Shown: positions 12,999 to 25,528 of the stretch, in pieces | Numbering within the stretch: the first letter of the stretch is position 1 | How the letters are laid out: every line of letters begins with the position of its first letter | DNA from: Octopus bimaculoides | Lineage: Eukaryota | Length of the DNA: 54,911 nucleotides | Reading direction: 5' to 3' | Assembly: GCF_001194135.2 (NCBI RefSeq) | Contig: NC_068984.1 | Location: 51,862,673 to 51,917,583 of the forward strand | The notes under the pieces: model-generated | Told to the model about the DNA's origin: nothing | Seen by the model: the letters and a program-made list of their open reading frames with translations, nothing else | Database searches by the model: none | Position numbers and translations under genes: made by a program

Positions 12999-14633
12999 TT
13001 AAAACCTCAAGGTGAAGGCATAAGACATGTTCTGGACCCATGGGTTGTATTGAGATATGTGACCTGTTTCTTTCATATAATACAATAAGTCTACTTAAGC
13101 TGAGCTGGCTTGTGTTTACAGAATAACAAAACAACTCCAGGCTAAAACTGAATCTTTACTTTTGTTTAGTTTTTGTTTAAGTGTCAATTTGATAAAACTC
13201 TATGAGAATTATATTATGTTTAGTATTTTGAGTTTTGGGGTCATTGTTGCATATTTGGCTGGATATTTGTGGAACATAAGGGCATTTAATCAAAGTTCAT
13301 GGAGAATATTTGACAAGTAAGAGATGAGGATTTTTATTAGTTTATATCAAGAATATATAGTTTCTGGGGAAAAGATTAGAGTTAAAATGTTTAGAGATAC
13401 ATGTCATATTCATATGTGTAAACTATCTACAGTAAAATTTTTTGATACCACATAGTTTATAATACTATCATCATTATGATCATCATTTAATGTCTGTTTT
13501 CCATACTGGCATGGGTTGGATGGCTTGGCAGGAAATGGCAAAGTCAGGGGTTGCACCAGATTCCATAGCCTGCTTTGGCTTGGTTTCTATGGCTAGATGC
13601 CCTTCCTAACATCAGTCACTTTACAGAGTGTACTGGGTGCTTTTTACATAACACCATCACCAGTGCTTTTTACGTGGCACCTGCACCAGTGTTTTATGTG
13701 ACACCAGCACCCACAGCAATACTTTTTAACCTGGCATCTTATTTTTAGGATCTCAATTATGTGTTGTGGTAGGCGAATCTTCATGAATACAGCAATGTGC
13801 CTTATGTGCATCATGAAATAAAATTCAAAGTAAATATAATAGTATATGTACGTGCATTTACTCTTAGACAGTATAATAATTTCAGCTTCAACACATTGAT
13901 CTTTGATCAAGTACAATTTCCAAATGACAACAACGACAACGATCATGATCATGATCATGTTCATCATTTGACATCTGCTCTCCATGCTGGCATGGGTGAG
14001 ACGGTTTGACTTGAGCTGATCAGCTGGAGAGCTGCACCAAGTTCCAGTCTGATTTGGCATGGTTTCTACAGCTGGATGCCCTTCCTAACACCAACCACTC
14101 CAGAAGTGTAATAGGTGCTTTTTACATGCCATCAGCATGCCATCAGCATTTACATGACACCGGCTATGATTCATGGGTGAGTGCCATTTACATGGCACCT
14201 ATAGAAATCCATGTATAATATACATCTTGATTTAAGGGCCTAAATTGTGTTAAAAACCTATACACAATGTTGCAAAACTACCACAAGAGAAGGTCGTCTA
14301 CTATAATTCAGTATATTGATTTTAATTCAAATATGAAATAGAAGCAACACTAGCATAATAAACATTATCAACCACACATCATGTGGTCACATGACCGACC
14401 AGGCTATCAGATGTTACATGTCACACATTTGCATTACTTTAGCTTTTAAATGACACTACCTCACTGGCTAAATGAGCAGGCCAACATTCCCTGCTGATTG
14501 AAAAGAGGTGAACTGGAGAAATATGAAATGAAATGTTTTGCTCAAGAACACAATGCACTGCCCACTCAGGGAATCAAACCCATGAACTGGTGATCATGAC
14601 TGCAACAACCTAACAACTAGGCCATGTGCTTTC

Positions 14634-14994
14634 ACCACACATATTTATCATATATGCTACGTGTATTTGCTGGTAGAGTACAATTTGGCATGGTGGAGAT
14701 TACTCTCTCAAAGCACCAGGTGTTAAAATACCAGAGAGTCATGGACAGGTGAGGACAACTCACTCCAAATCCCAGTTTGATTCACCTCTGATTCAGTTCA
14801 GGTACGTGATGTTGATAAGCCACAAAAATGGCAAAACATCAATGTTCATCACCCCTGAGTTGGATTTGGGGTGAGTTGTCTCACCTGTCCATGACTTTCA
14901 GATGTTTTAACACCTAGCACTTTGAGAGAGAAATCTCCACCATGCCACATCACAGCCTACCGAAAATGCACCAAGCATATACATTATGTGTGGT
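14634..14994. mobile_element. Diverged foldback MITE (~360 bp)
   Basis: Arms of ~150 bp (GGCATGGTGGAGATT..CCAAATCC and its reverse complement) around a ~65-bp loop. Confidence 0.8.
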
Positions 14995-15011
14995 TGGTAA
15001 TTTTTTTTTTC

Positions 15012-15431
15012 TTTTACTTGTTTCAGTCATTTGACTGTAGCCATGCTGGAGAACAATCTTAAAGGGTTTTAGTCGAAAAAATCAACCCAAGACTTATTAT
15101 TTGTAAGTCTAGTTCTTATTCTATCAGTCTCTTTTGCTGAACCACTAGGTTACAGGGACATAAACACACCAGCATTGGTTGTCATGTGATGGCAAGGGAA
15201 CAAATGCAGACACAAATATATACATATATGTGCAAATATATACATATATATATGTATGTATATATATATGACTAGCTTCTTTCAGTTTCTGTCTACCAAA
15301 TCCACTCACAAGACTTTGGTTAGCTTGAGGCTATAGTAGAAGACACTTGCCCAAGGTGCAATGCTGTGGGACTGAACTCAGAGCCATGTTGTTGGGAAGT
15401 AAGCTTCCTACCACACAGCCACACCTGTGCC
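15012..15431 (-). mobile_element. SINE family B
   Basis: Full-length homology to the 15517 copy. Confidence 0.85.
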
Positions 15432-15516
15432 TAGATAATGTTTATTAATTTTATATCATTAATGTGTTTTTTATAATAAAAACAAATATGGAAAATATTT
15501 GCAGCTCTATATCATG

Positions 15517-15921
15517 TACTCTTTTACTTGTTTCAGTCATTTGACTGTGGCCATGCTGGAGCACCACCTTTAGTCGAGCAAATCGACCCCAGGACTTATT
15601 CTTTGGAAGCCTAGTACTTATTCTATCGGTCTCTTTTGCCGAACAGCTAAGTTACGGGGATGTAAACACACTTGCATCGGTTGTCAAGCGATGTTGGGGG
15701 GACAAATACAGACACACAAACATATACACACACATGTGTATATATATATACATATATACGACAGGCTTCTTTCAGTTTCTGTCTACCAAATCCACTCATA
15801 AGGCTTTGGTCGGCCTGAGGCTATAGTAGAAGACACTTGCCCAAGGTGCCACGCAGTGGGACTGAACCTGGAACCATGTGGTTGGTAAGCAAGCTACTTA
15901 CCACACAGCCACTCCTACGCC
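15517..15921 (-). mobile_element. SINE family B (young)
   Basis: Close to the 48418 copy; CpGs retained. Confidence 0.9.
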
Positions 15922-16388
15922 TGGATTGAAAGAAAGAAAAGAAAAAGAGTCGGGTAGGGGGCATTACAGAGAGTTTCATGGTATTTATTTTGAACAATTG
16001 ATTAACATTGTTTTCAAATTTTGGCACAAGGCCAGCAAGTTCAGGGAAGTGGGTAAACCAATTACATTAATCCCAGTGCTCAGCTGGCACTTATTTTATC
16101 AACCCTGAAAGGAGGAAAGGGAAATTTGACCTCGGTGGAATTTAAACTCAGAACATAAAGACAGATGAAATGCCACTAAATATTTTGTCAGGCATGCTAA
16201 TGACTCTGCCTGCTCACCATCTCAAAGAATAGTTTAATATAATACACATACTTTATTGCAAAATGTGAGTTTTAAGAGACTGAATTTTTCTAGAATTATT
16301 TTATTTAATTAAAAGTTACTTTCTGTTTCAATTAGATACCTGAAAAACTGATTTATATTTATTTTAAAATTGTCTAATCTCATTTCAG

Positions 16389-16512
16389 AGCTGGCATGTG
16401 GGGTTTGGTATTATTCTCGCCAATTCTTGGCTTTACGTGGTGCCTTGGCATTTTTCTTTTTCATAAAAGTGTGATTGTACAGTATGCATTTGTTGCCTGT
16501 CATTCACTTCAG
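16389..16512 (+). CDS. Adhesion GPCR exon G (TM6-TM7): AGMWGLVLFSPILGFTWCLGIFLFHKSVIVQYAFVACHSLQ
   Basis: TTTCAG acceptor, CAG|GTAAGA donor; P.LG.TW motif and the S.Q|G intron typical of the family. Confidence 0.93.
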
Positions 16513-17649
16513 GTAAGATATCACCAAAATTTTTTGTGTTTACTTGAATATCTGTGATTTAATCAATCACTTAATCAATCATCATCATCATCATGAACAA
16601 CTACCACCACCAAGATGGTGATATGCGCACACACAATAATGATGATAATAATAATAATAATAATGCCCGGATGCAGTACCAGGCAGTGGCTCTCATGGCT
16701 TCTGATCTTAATTGATCAGAAGTGTTATCATGTACATTGTTTTGTCTTGGTATAAAAGATGGGCTACTGCAAATATTCTGCTTAATACCACAGATTTGCT
16801 TGACCTTAACCAGTTGAGCATGACCCTTAGTGGTTGATGATATGTGCATCTCTGATCATGAGCAGAAGTAGTGGGGGAGCATCATAGCCATGTGTTGAGA
16901 GGAATTTTTTGGGGTTTGAATGATTCACCTTTGAAAACATTGGTATTTTGCTCAACATCCTTAAACAAACCTTATTCAGGGACCTTTTGAGCAGGATGGG
17001 CTACTCGACCTGAAGAAAATTCTAACTGGGCCCCACCTGCGTGGTCATGTGCTGTTTATCTTGATATGAGATCACCATGTTGCGCACATATGGTTGTGAT
17101 GCATGTGCCTGGTGTACCCTTATCAGATGGGTATAATGGGCTTCATATATTTTACCCCAGTGTCACTTTGATGGCAAGGACTGCTCTCTCACATAATAAT
17201 AATAATAATAATTTCTTAAGTAACAAGAAGATGGATTTGGTATTAATCTTTATTTTTTACAACGGTTGTTTCGACCCATCTTGCTATTGTCCCTTATGGG
17301 TGGGACTCCTTTTCACCATGTTGTGTTGCATCAATTTTGCAGTGTGGGTCTCAATAAGTATATAAAGGTTTGTGTCTCACTAAAGAGCCTAAGTTTTGGC
17401 TGTTGTGTTGTTATATACTCGTCTGGTTAGGGAATGAAGCAACATTACAATATTCTGTTACTATTATTCTTTTTCAATAAGAGTTGCAAACACTTGTAAA
17501 TATAAACAGATAATTGTTGATAAAAAAATGGAAACATACCCCAACTGTGGATGACACCAGGTAGCCCAAACTGTGCCAATGCTCTACTGAACACTTCAAC
17601 ACACTAATTGACATATACCCATTAGTCCCAAAATATTAAATATATATGT

Positions 17650-18350
<701 letters not shown>

Positions 18351-18582
18351 GTACCTTAGATATCATCATCATCATTATCAAAGTTTTGACTGGAACTGGT
18401 AAGCCAGGGAGCTGCACCAGGTTCCGGTCTGATTTGGCATGGTTTCTATCGGTGGATGCCCTTCCTAACACCAGAATATATTTAACCATTTTATCATATT
18501 GCCATTTTTTCTCACTTTATCTAGAATATTGTATGAATTTCAATATTTTTTTTCTCTAAAGTTTTTTATTCTAATATTTCAG

Positions 18583-18624
18583 GGTGTCCTCATCTTCCTG
18601 CTTCATTGCCTATTTAGTAAGCAG
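18583..18624 (+). CDS. Adhesion GPCR exon H (TM7 end): GVLIFLLHCLFSKQ
   Basis: TTTCAG acceptor, CAG|GTGAGT donor; G..IF..HC motif. Confidence 0.92.
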
Positions 18625-19109
18625 GTGAGTGCCAGAACCTTTGTAAGCAACATTCGAATAAGATATTTCAGAGTTTATAGAGGAATATATCATTTTAAAA
18701 TAAATGTCTTTTCTTTATTGTTTCTTCTATTCTTAATTAATTTTCTGTTACCATTAGTTGAAGAATTCAGTAGTTTTAAACATTTGTGTATTACGTTTGG
18801 AGCAGGTTTCGCAGTAGAACGCTCTTCTGGTCATCAACTACTCTACCGCAAATTTAAAATGGTGGCATCTTGTTACATTCTCTACATCAGCTGTGGACAA
18901 ACTGTAGCCTACAGGACTTTCTGAATGGTATAATTAATGAAAAATTACCTTGAAATTTTTTAGTAGTGCAGCCCACCTGAATCCACTTCTCAAAACAAAT
19001 TGCATTTATCTTCTCTCCATCATATTCTTCTTAATTCTATAATTGTGCTATGTATTTATGCTAATAAGTAATTTTGTCTACAACTTTTTTTAAAAATATT
19101 TTTGGTTAG

Positions 19110-19199
19110 ATCAAAGATGGTTTCATGCAGTATATGAAAAGGATCAAAAACAAATCCAAAAGCAAATCAAATATGACAAATTCTGTTTGTAAGAGTGTG
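19110..19199 (+). CDS. Adhesion GPCR exon I (helix 8/C-tail): IKDGFMQYMKRIKNKSKSKSNMTNSVCKSV
   Basis: TTTGGTTAG acceptor, GTG|GTAAGT donor; basic helix-8-like segment, phase 0 to 0. Confidence 0.75.
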
Positions 19200-19450
19200 G
19201 TAAGTACAGCTACTGTCTTCTGTTGGTTTATTTTCTCAACAAATAATTACAATTATCTATTAGTTCCAAATTTTGGCACAAGGCCAGTAATTTCAGGGGA
19301 GTGGGTAAGTCGATTACATTAATCCCAGTGTTCAACTTATAGTTATTTTATTGACCCATCCAGCTTGCCGCCCTAGTTATGATTATATATGATTGATAAA
19401 ATTACGTAAGGATGAGAAGATAGGATAAGGAGAAACTATGATAACTTGAA

Positions 19451-20124
19451 CCCTTTTGATACTAACCCACCTCAGGTTGCCCTTGGTTCTCTGATACACA
19501 CTTCCTGTTTTGAAGTGTAGATCACCAAGTGTAAATCTCCAATTTAAATTTCATATTAATTTATACTCAAAACACCAACTTAACCCTTAAATGGCAAGAA
19601 GGAGTTGTCAAATGGGCAAAAAATATGGCTGGCTGCCGACAAATTTTTCTGCTTTTAAAAAAAGAAAAAAGGATTTTCTCCTTTATATCTATACTGTTCA
19701 GTATCTATGCAGTGGATAAAATTTCTCTTTCTACTTGTTCTACCATACATTTCAGCGCTTCGAAAAACAAACTTGTTTGTTTACATACGGCGTAAAAAAT
19801 AAAAAGTATCTTTTATACATATTTTCATTTTAAATAAGTACAAAAGCTATAATAATTGTTACTCTCTTACACAAGAAAATTCACAATTTCATTATCGAAA
19901 AGTGCTGTAAAATATTCACTTTCCTTTGATGACGGTTGTATCCATGTAAAATTTTTGAAACATCAGTTGATGATGTCTGCTGATATATCTAATTAAACAG
20001 CAATTGATGATGTCCATTGTTTAAGGGTTAATAGTGACTAAGTTCTATTAGAAAATTCTTCATTAATTAAAAAATTAATTGAAACAAAGTCAATGCATTT
20101 TAACACAAATATGACAACTAAAGG
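19451..20124 (-). mobile_element. piggyBac-like MITE family 2 with a nested 444-bp TTAA element (19584-20027)
   Basis: Inner element CCCTTAAA..TTTAAGGG flanked by TTAA at 19580-19583 and 20028-20031; outer halves match family 2. Confidence 0.7.
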
Positions 20125-20651
20125 TTAAACAAATTGCAAATGTGAATGAATTGGAGGTAAGAGTATTATATCTGATACCAGCTTTCTTAAAAATTATTAA
20201 GTTTTGGAAAAAAATCTAGCATAAAACATCATGCTTAAACCTGACTTAACTCCAAGGAAATTAAACAGATTTGAGAAAAAAAAACAACTTGTAACTGTTG
20301 TTGTTACGATTTAGCCCTAAGTCAAACCTAATTGAGCAGGCATTATTAAAAGGTGTTTGAACATGACCATTCCAGCTTTTTTTTCTTTTTGCATCTTTTG
20401 TAAATCTAGAACTATACTGCCTAATGTGACTTTACATTAGAGTGTGATTAAGAGTAAACACAGTCGGTATACCTTGGAGGTCAAATGACCACGTAGAGGC
20501 TTGCTTGTAGGCTGGTGTGAATATGTTCACAGAGGGTGTAAATTCAAATTGATTTATGGGCTTATTTCTTATAGCAAATATCAAATTGAAGAAGTGTATA
20601 TTGCTTATGTTGTATATCTGTGTGCGTGTGTATGTATGTATATATATATAT

Positions 20652-21247
20652 GGACCCGACAAGCCATATGAGACCTAAATCCAAGGCCTCTGCCAGGGGT
20701 GTAGCCAGCCCACTTATGCGTACCTTCCCTTCATTGGACACTAAACTCTGCTTGCGAAGACATGTTGAGGCAAGTGAAATCAAAACCGTACTAAATTCGA
20801 CAACTGGCACCCATGCCAACGTTGTCTCCTTCATTGGACACAAAACTCAGCTTGCGAAGACCTGTTGGGGCAAGTGAAAGCAAAATCGTCATGGCACCTG
20901 TGCCCAGTGTCGCCTTTCTGGCACTTGTGCCTGCGGCACATGTAAGGACTTTCGAGCGAGATCGTTGCTAGTGCCCCTGGACTGGCCCTTGTGCGGGTGG
21001 CACATAAAATACACCATTTTGAGCGCGGCCATTGCCAGTACCGCCTGACTGGCCTTCATGCGGGTGACACGTAAAAGCACCCACTACACTCTCTGAGTGG
21101 TTGGCGTTAGGAAGGTCATTCAGCTGTAGAAACTCTGCCAAATCAGATTGGAGCCTAGTATAGCCATCTGGTTTCACCAGTCCTCAGTCAAATCGTCCAA
21201 CTCATGCTAGCATGGAAAGCGGGCATTAAACGACGATGATGTTGATG

Positions 21248-21248
<1 letters not shown>
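20652..21248 (+). mobile_element. RTE 3'-end copy (other copies ~1040-1262, 13470-14200, 18360-18472, 23495-23720, 25235-25362, 31615-31905, 33050-33720, 41405-41560, 46855-47090)
   Basis: Ends match the LINE tail at 30830-30985 (AGGAAGGGCATCCAGC..CCATGCCAGCATGGAAA..(GAT)n). Confidence 0.8.
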
Positions 21249-21280
<32 letters not shown>

Positions 21281-21554
21281 NNNNNNNNNNTATATATAGT
21301 GGTTAGGGTGTTGCACTCATGATTGCAAGATTGTGGTTTCAATTCCCAGACTGGGCATTGCATTGTGTTCTTGAGCAAAATAGTTCATTTCATGTTGCTC
21401 TGTGATCATTTTGTCATCTGACATGTGGCATGTTATGTACGTGTACAAGTAATGTTGATTTGATGGAGGGAGTGAGCTTATGTGCAACACAAACATTTCA
21501 TCTGTGTGGTTGTTCAGCAAGAAACAGCAGAACCCTCACACGTCGTCTAATGAC

Positions 21555-21586
<32 letters not shown>

Positions 21587-21596
21587 CAATGTTACT

Positions 21597-21661
<65 letters not shown>

Positions 21662-21884
21662 TCTCGCACACACATGTACAGCAACACTCTGACAGAATTG
21701 ACACTTTCGCATTTCCTCTGACTCTTTATGTTCTGAGTTCAAATTCTGCCAAACTCAACTTTGCCTTTTGTCTTTTTGGCATCAATAAAATAAATACCAG
21801 TCAAGAACTGATGTCAATATAATCAACTAAATCCCTCCCCTCAAAACTGCTGGCCTTTTGCCAAAATTTGAAATAATAACATAT

Positions 21885-22557
21885 ATATCGGTCAGTCAGC
21901 CATTTGGGTCTGATGAGTCATGTATTCAGCTAAGCACGTTAAAGGTGCAAATTCATATATGTAAGAATCTGGCTTGACCCTTCCTAAGATTTGAAACCAA
22001 AACACCGACTTGTTGCTTGTCAAAATGAGTGGGAAATCCTCTCCACACCAGATAATTGATGAGGAAACACTCCAACCCCGAGGACCTGTGCTGGTCAAGT
22101 AAAGGTCAGTCCTTTATTTAAGGTTTGACATACATTACTGACCATGGTCTATATAGCAGAAAGAATTTTCTATCTCTTCCTCTTTGTCAGCCAGACCAAG
22201 GAGCAACACCCTCTTTTGCGTCAGCCTTAACCAAGAGCAGCACTTCCCTTTGCCCTTTGCACGACATGCAAAGAGAGGCTTTTGGCCGCAAGAAAGGTGA
22301 TGCTCCCTTTACTCTTCCTTCCTTTCTAGTCAGCACCACGCATTCCTTACCCTTTCACTCTACTGACAGACAACCTTTTTCTACACTACCAACTACTAAC
22401 CAGCAAGCTAACCTTGTTACTATCACTAGAATTGCTACTGTCTCTTTAACTACCTGTTGGGCAATAAATAAGCATATGTAAATAACATTTCTTCCTTCTT
22501 GGTGTTAATTCTTCGATGTTTACTGGTACTCCAGCGTGAGAACCTTCAAGCGTTACA
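21885..22557 (+). mobile_element. Putative solo LTR (old)
   Basis: TATA-like motif at ~22150, AATAAA at 22463, ends GTTACA; 5' end unclear. Confidence 0.3.
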
Positions 22558-23357
22558 TCTATATGCTACATCATATCAAATTGATATGGCACAACACATC
22601 TAGCCTGCTACATATATAACGTCTATTTATGGCATATAACCTGGCACTGGCACTCTGTCAGTTACGATGATGAGGGTCCCAGTTGATCTGATCAATGGAG
22701 AAGCCTGCTTGTAAAATTAATGTGTATGTGGCTGAGCACTTCACAAACATGTACCCTCAACGTAGTTCTCTTGGGAGATTCAGTGTGACAAGGCTGGCCC
22801 TTTGAAATACAAGTGTTACTCATGCCAACTGAGTAGACTGGAGCAACATGAAATAAAGTGTCCTGCTCAAGGACACACCGCATCACTGGGGATCGAACTC
22901 ATGACTTTGCGATCGTGAGCCAAATACCTTAACCACTAAGCCACATGCCTTCATGGAGTATAACCTATCTAGCTAGCATTAAGTGATTGACCAATTTTAT
23001 TGCAGCGAATAAAAAATAAAAAAGAGCAGAAAAAATTAAATTCATGTATCTAATTTAAAAAGTTGGGTGCTGAGCAACCCAGACATCTGGCAAGGAATAA
23101 CTACACAGTCCAAGTTCCATCTGTGGCAAATTGGTCTTTATCACGTCTAACATCATTTTAAATTAAAAATCTTTAGCAGTTAATTTATTTATAACATTTT
23201 CTGCAAATATCATAATTAAAATACTCTCTACGATTAGGTAGTCTACCGATGTTTTATTAAGAAGACAAAAAAAGGTTTTTTTTTCCTTGTTTGTTTTTGT
23301 GATAGTCAGTAAGTGCAAAGTTTTGCTTTAGAAAGAAATTTTTTTTCTATATTTCAG

Positions 23358-23400
23358 GCATTCGATAAAACACAAACTCCAACTTTGACCATTAATCGAA
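23358..23400 (+). CDS. Adhesion GPCR exon J (C-tail): AFDKTQTPTLTINR(S)
   Basis: Long polypyrimidine tract plus TTTCAG, A|GTAAGT donor; phase 0 to 1 bridges exons I and K. Confidence 0.7.
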
Positions 23401-24679
23401 GTAAGTATTTTTTTTTTCTGTTTTCATTGCTCATGAAATTAAATCTAATTGAGAAAAATACTTTAAATCAGTTTAATATCTTTAATGCTGTCATCATCAT
23501 CATCATTTAATATCCATTTTCCATGCTTACATGGGTTGGATGGAGTTCATTTGAGGCAGATTTTCTATGGTCAGATGCCCTTCCTGTTTCATTAAAAAGA
23601 TAATGTTTCTCCATACCCTGACATGTCTTTGCAGAATATTGAGAATGAATGACTCTGCTTGTATGACTGACACTCATTTACATCTATCACTTAATGTCAA
23701 GACAATGGAGACACAAGCATACATACACACACACACACACATATACATATACACACACAAAGTTGACATTTTTTCTGTTTCCATTTGTCAAAGGTTTTGA
23801 TTGGTCCAGGGATTAAGTAATAAGCACATGGAGTGCAGTCCCACTGTGTGGCATCTTGGGCTCAGAGCTGACCAAAGCCTTGTGAGTGGATTTAGTAGTT
23901 GGAAACTGAAAGACGCTCATTGTATTAATGAGAGAGATGGAAAGTGGAAAATACGAGGATATATATATTTATCACTACAATTGTTTCGACCCATCTAGCA
24001 TCAGTCCTTCACAGGTGGGATACTTAACAACTGATTCAGGAGCATCTATATGTTTTATTATCTAATATCTAATATATACATACCATATATACTCATGTAA
24101 AAGTCAAATTTTTAGACAATGTTTTTAGGTCAAATTTATGAAGTCAACTATTACAAGGATACTGCTTTTGAGGGGCTGAAATTCAAGCTAGAATCTGAAG
24201 TACTGTGTCAGCAGTAGAAGCCCAACTGATGTCTAAAAACAAAAACACAATGAATTACAGTAATATTACCAATTTTATACATCAAAACACATGTCCTAGT
24301 AAAAAACCCATAAATAAGACTGTGTATCTCTCATAAATATTTACACTTTCTCTTTTATTTGTATCCATCAAACTTAACAGACTAGCTGAGTGAAATCAAT
24401 TTATATCTCATAATTATGTTATATTACCAGTTGGTTTTTGCATATAATATACCTGTTAGCTTATATTATAATGGACGTAGGGTTGATTATGGAATGTTTA
24501 TTATTTTGATATTTTTAATAATATTTTTCTATCTTTATATAATAAGTATTTTATATACATTCATTTATTATTTATTGTTGGTTGATATATACATTCTTTT
24601 ATTATTATTATTGTTGTATTTTGACCTGAAGATTAGCTATATTTTTGAATAGAATTGATTTTCGATAGTTTTAATCAAT

Positions 24680-25234
24680 NNNNNNNNNNNNNNNNNNNNN
24701 NNNNNNNNNNNNNNNNNNNNNNNNNNNNNNNNNNNNNNNNNNNNNNNNNNNNNNNNNNNNNNNNNNNNNNNNNNNNNNNNNNNNNNNNNNNNNNNNNNNN
24801 NNNNNNNNNNNNNNNNNNNNNNNNNNNNNNNNNNNNNNNNNNNNNNNNNNNNNNNNNNNNNNNNNNNNNNNNNNNNNNNNNNNNNNNNNNNNNNNNNNNN
24901 NNNNNNNNNNNNNNNNNNNNNNNNNNNNNNNNNNNNNNNNNNNNNNNNNNNNNNNNNNNNNNNNNNNNNNNNNNNNNNNNNNNNNNNNNNNNNNNNNNNN
25001 NNNNNNNNNNNNNNNNNNNNNNNNNNNNNNNNNNNNNNNNNNNNNNNNNNNNNNNNNNNNNNNNNNNNNNNNNNNNNNNNNNNNNNNNNNNNNNNNNNNN
25101 NNNNNNNNNNNNNNNNNNNNNNNNNNNNNNNNNNNNNNNNNNNNNNNNNNNNNNNNNNNNNNNNNNNNNNNNNNNNNNNNNNNNNNNNNNNNNNNNNNNN
25201 NNNNNNNNNNNNNNNNNNNNNNNNNNNNNNNNNN
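24680..25234. other. Assembly gap
   Basis: N run. Further 10-N gaps at 21281-21290 and 51158-51167. Confidence 1.
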
Positions 25235-25365
25235 ATAGGGAAATATTACCTTGTTTGGAAAGAGGTGAGAGTTGGTGACAGACAGGGCATCCAGCCACAG
25301 AAAATCTGCCTAAATACACCTCATCCAATCCATGCAAGCATGGAAAAGTGGATGTTAAATGATTA

Positions 25366-25396
<31 letters not shown>

Positions 25397-25427
25397 ATTT
25401 TATGTATTTGTTTATATTTATTTTTAG

Positions 25428-25528
25428 GTGTGGATAACCTGACACTTCCGTATCCTCAAACTTTGGACATTTTCCAGTCACGAAAATCTCAAGATTTATT
25501 AGTTCCGACAAAGAATGGTATATGGTAA
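25428..25528 (+). CDS. Adhesion GPCR probable last coding exon K: (S)VDNLTLPYPQTLDIFQSRKSQDLLVPTKNGIW*
   Basis: TTTTTAG acceptor; only the phase-1 reading is open; followed by ~1.2 kb mostly non-repetitive sequence with AATAAA at 26682 and 26705. The N gap at 24680-25234 could hide another exon. Confidence 0.6.

Noticed and set aside
13224-13320. Hydrophobic open stretch as an extra GPCR exon
   Set aside because: Exons F and G already join in frame; it ends in a stop and lacks family motifs.
18499-18924. 141-aa ORF as a single-exon membrane protein
   Set aside because: Only 18583-18624 is exonic; the rest is AT-rich intron.
21915-21950. CTGATGAG as a hammerhead core
   Set aside because: No downstream GAAA box or closing stems.
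24655-25337. ORFs of 100-220 aa (also 8783-9085)
   Set aside because: They run through N gaps.
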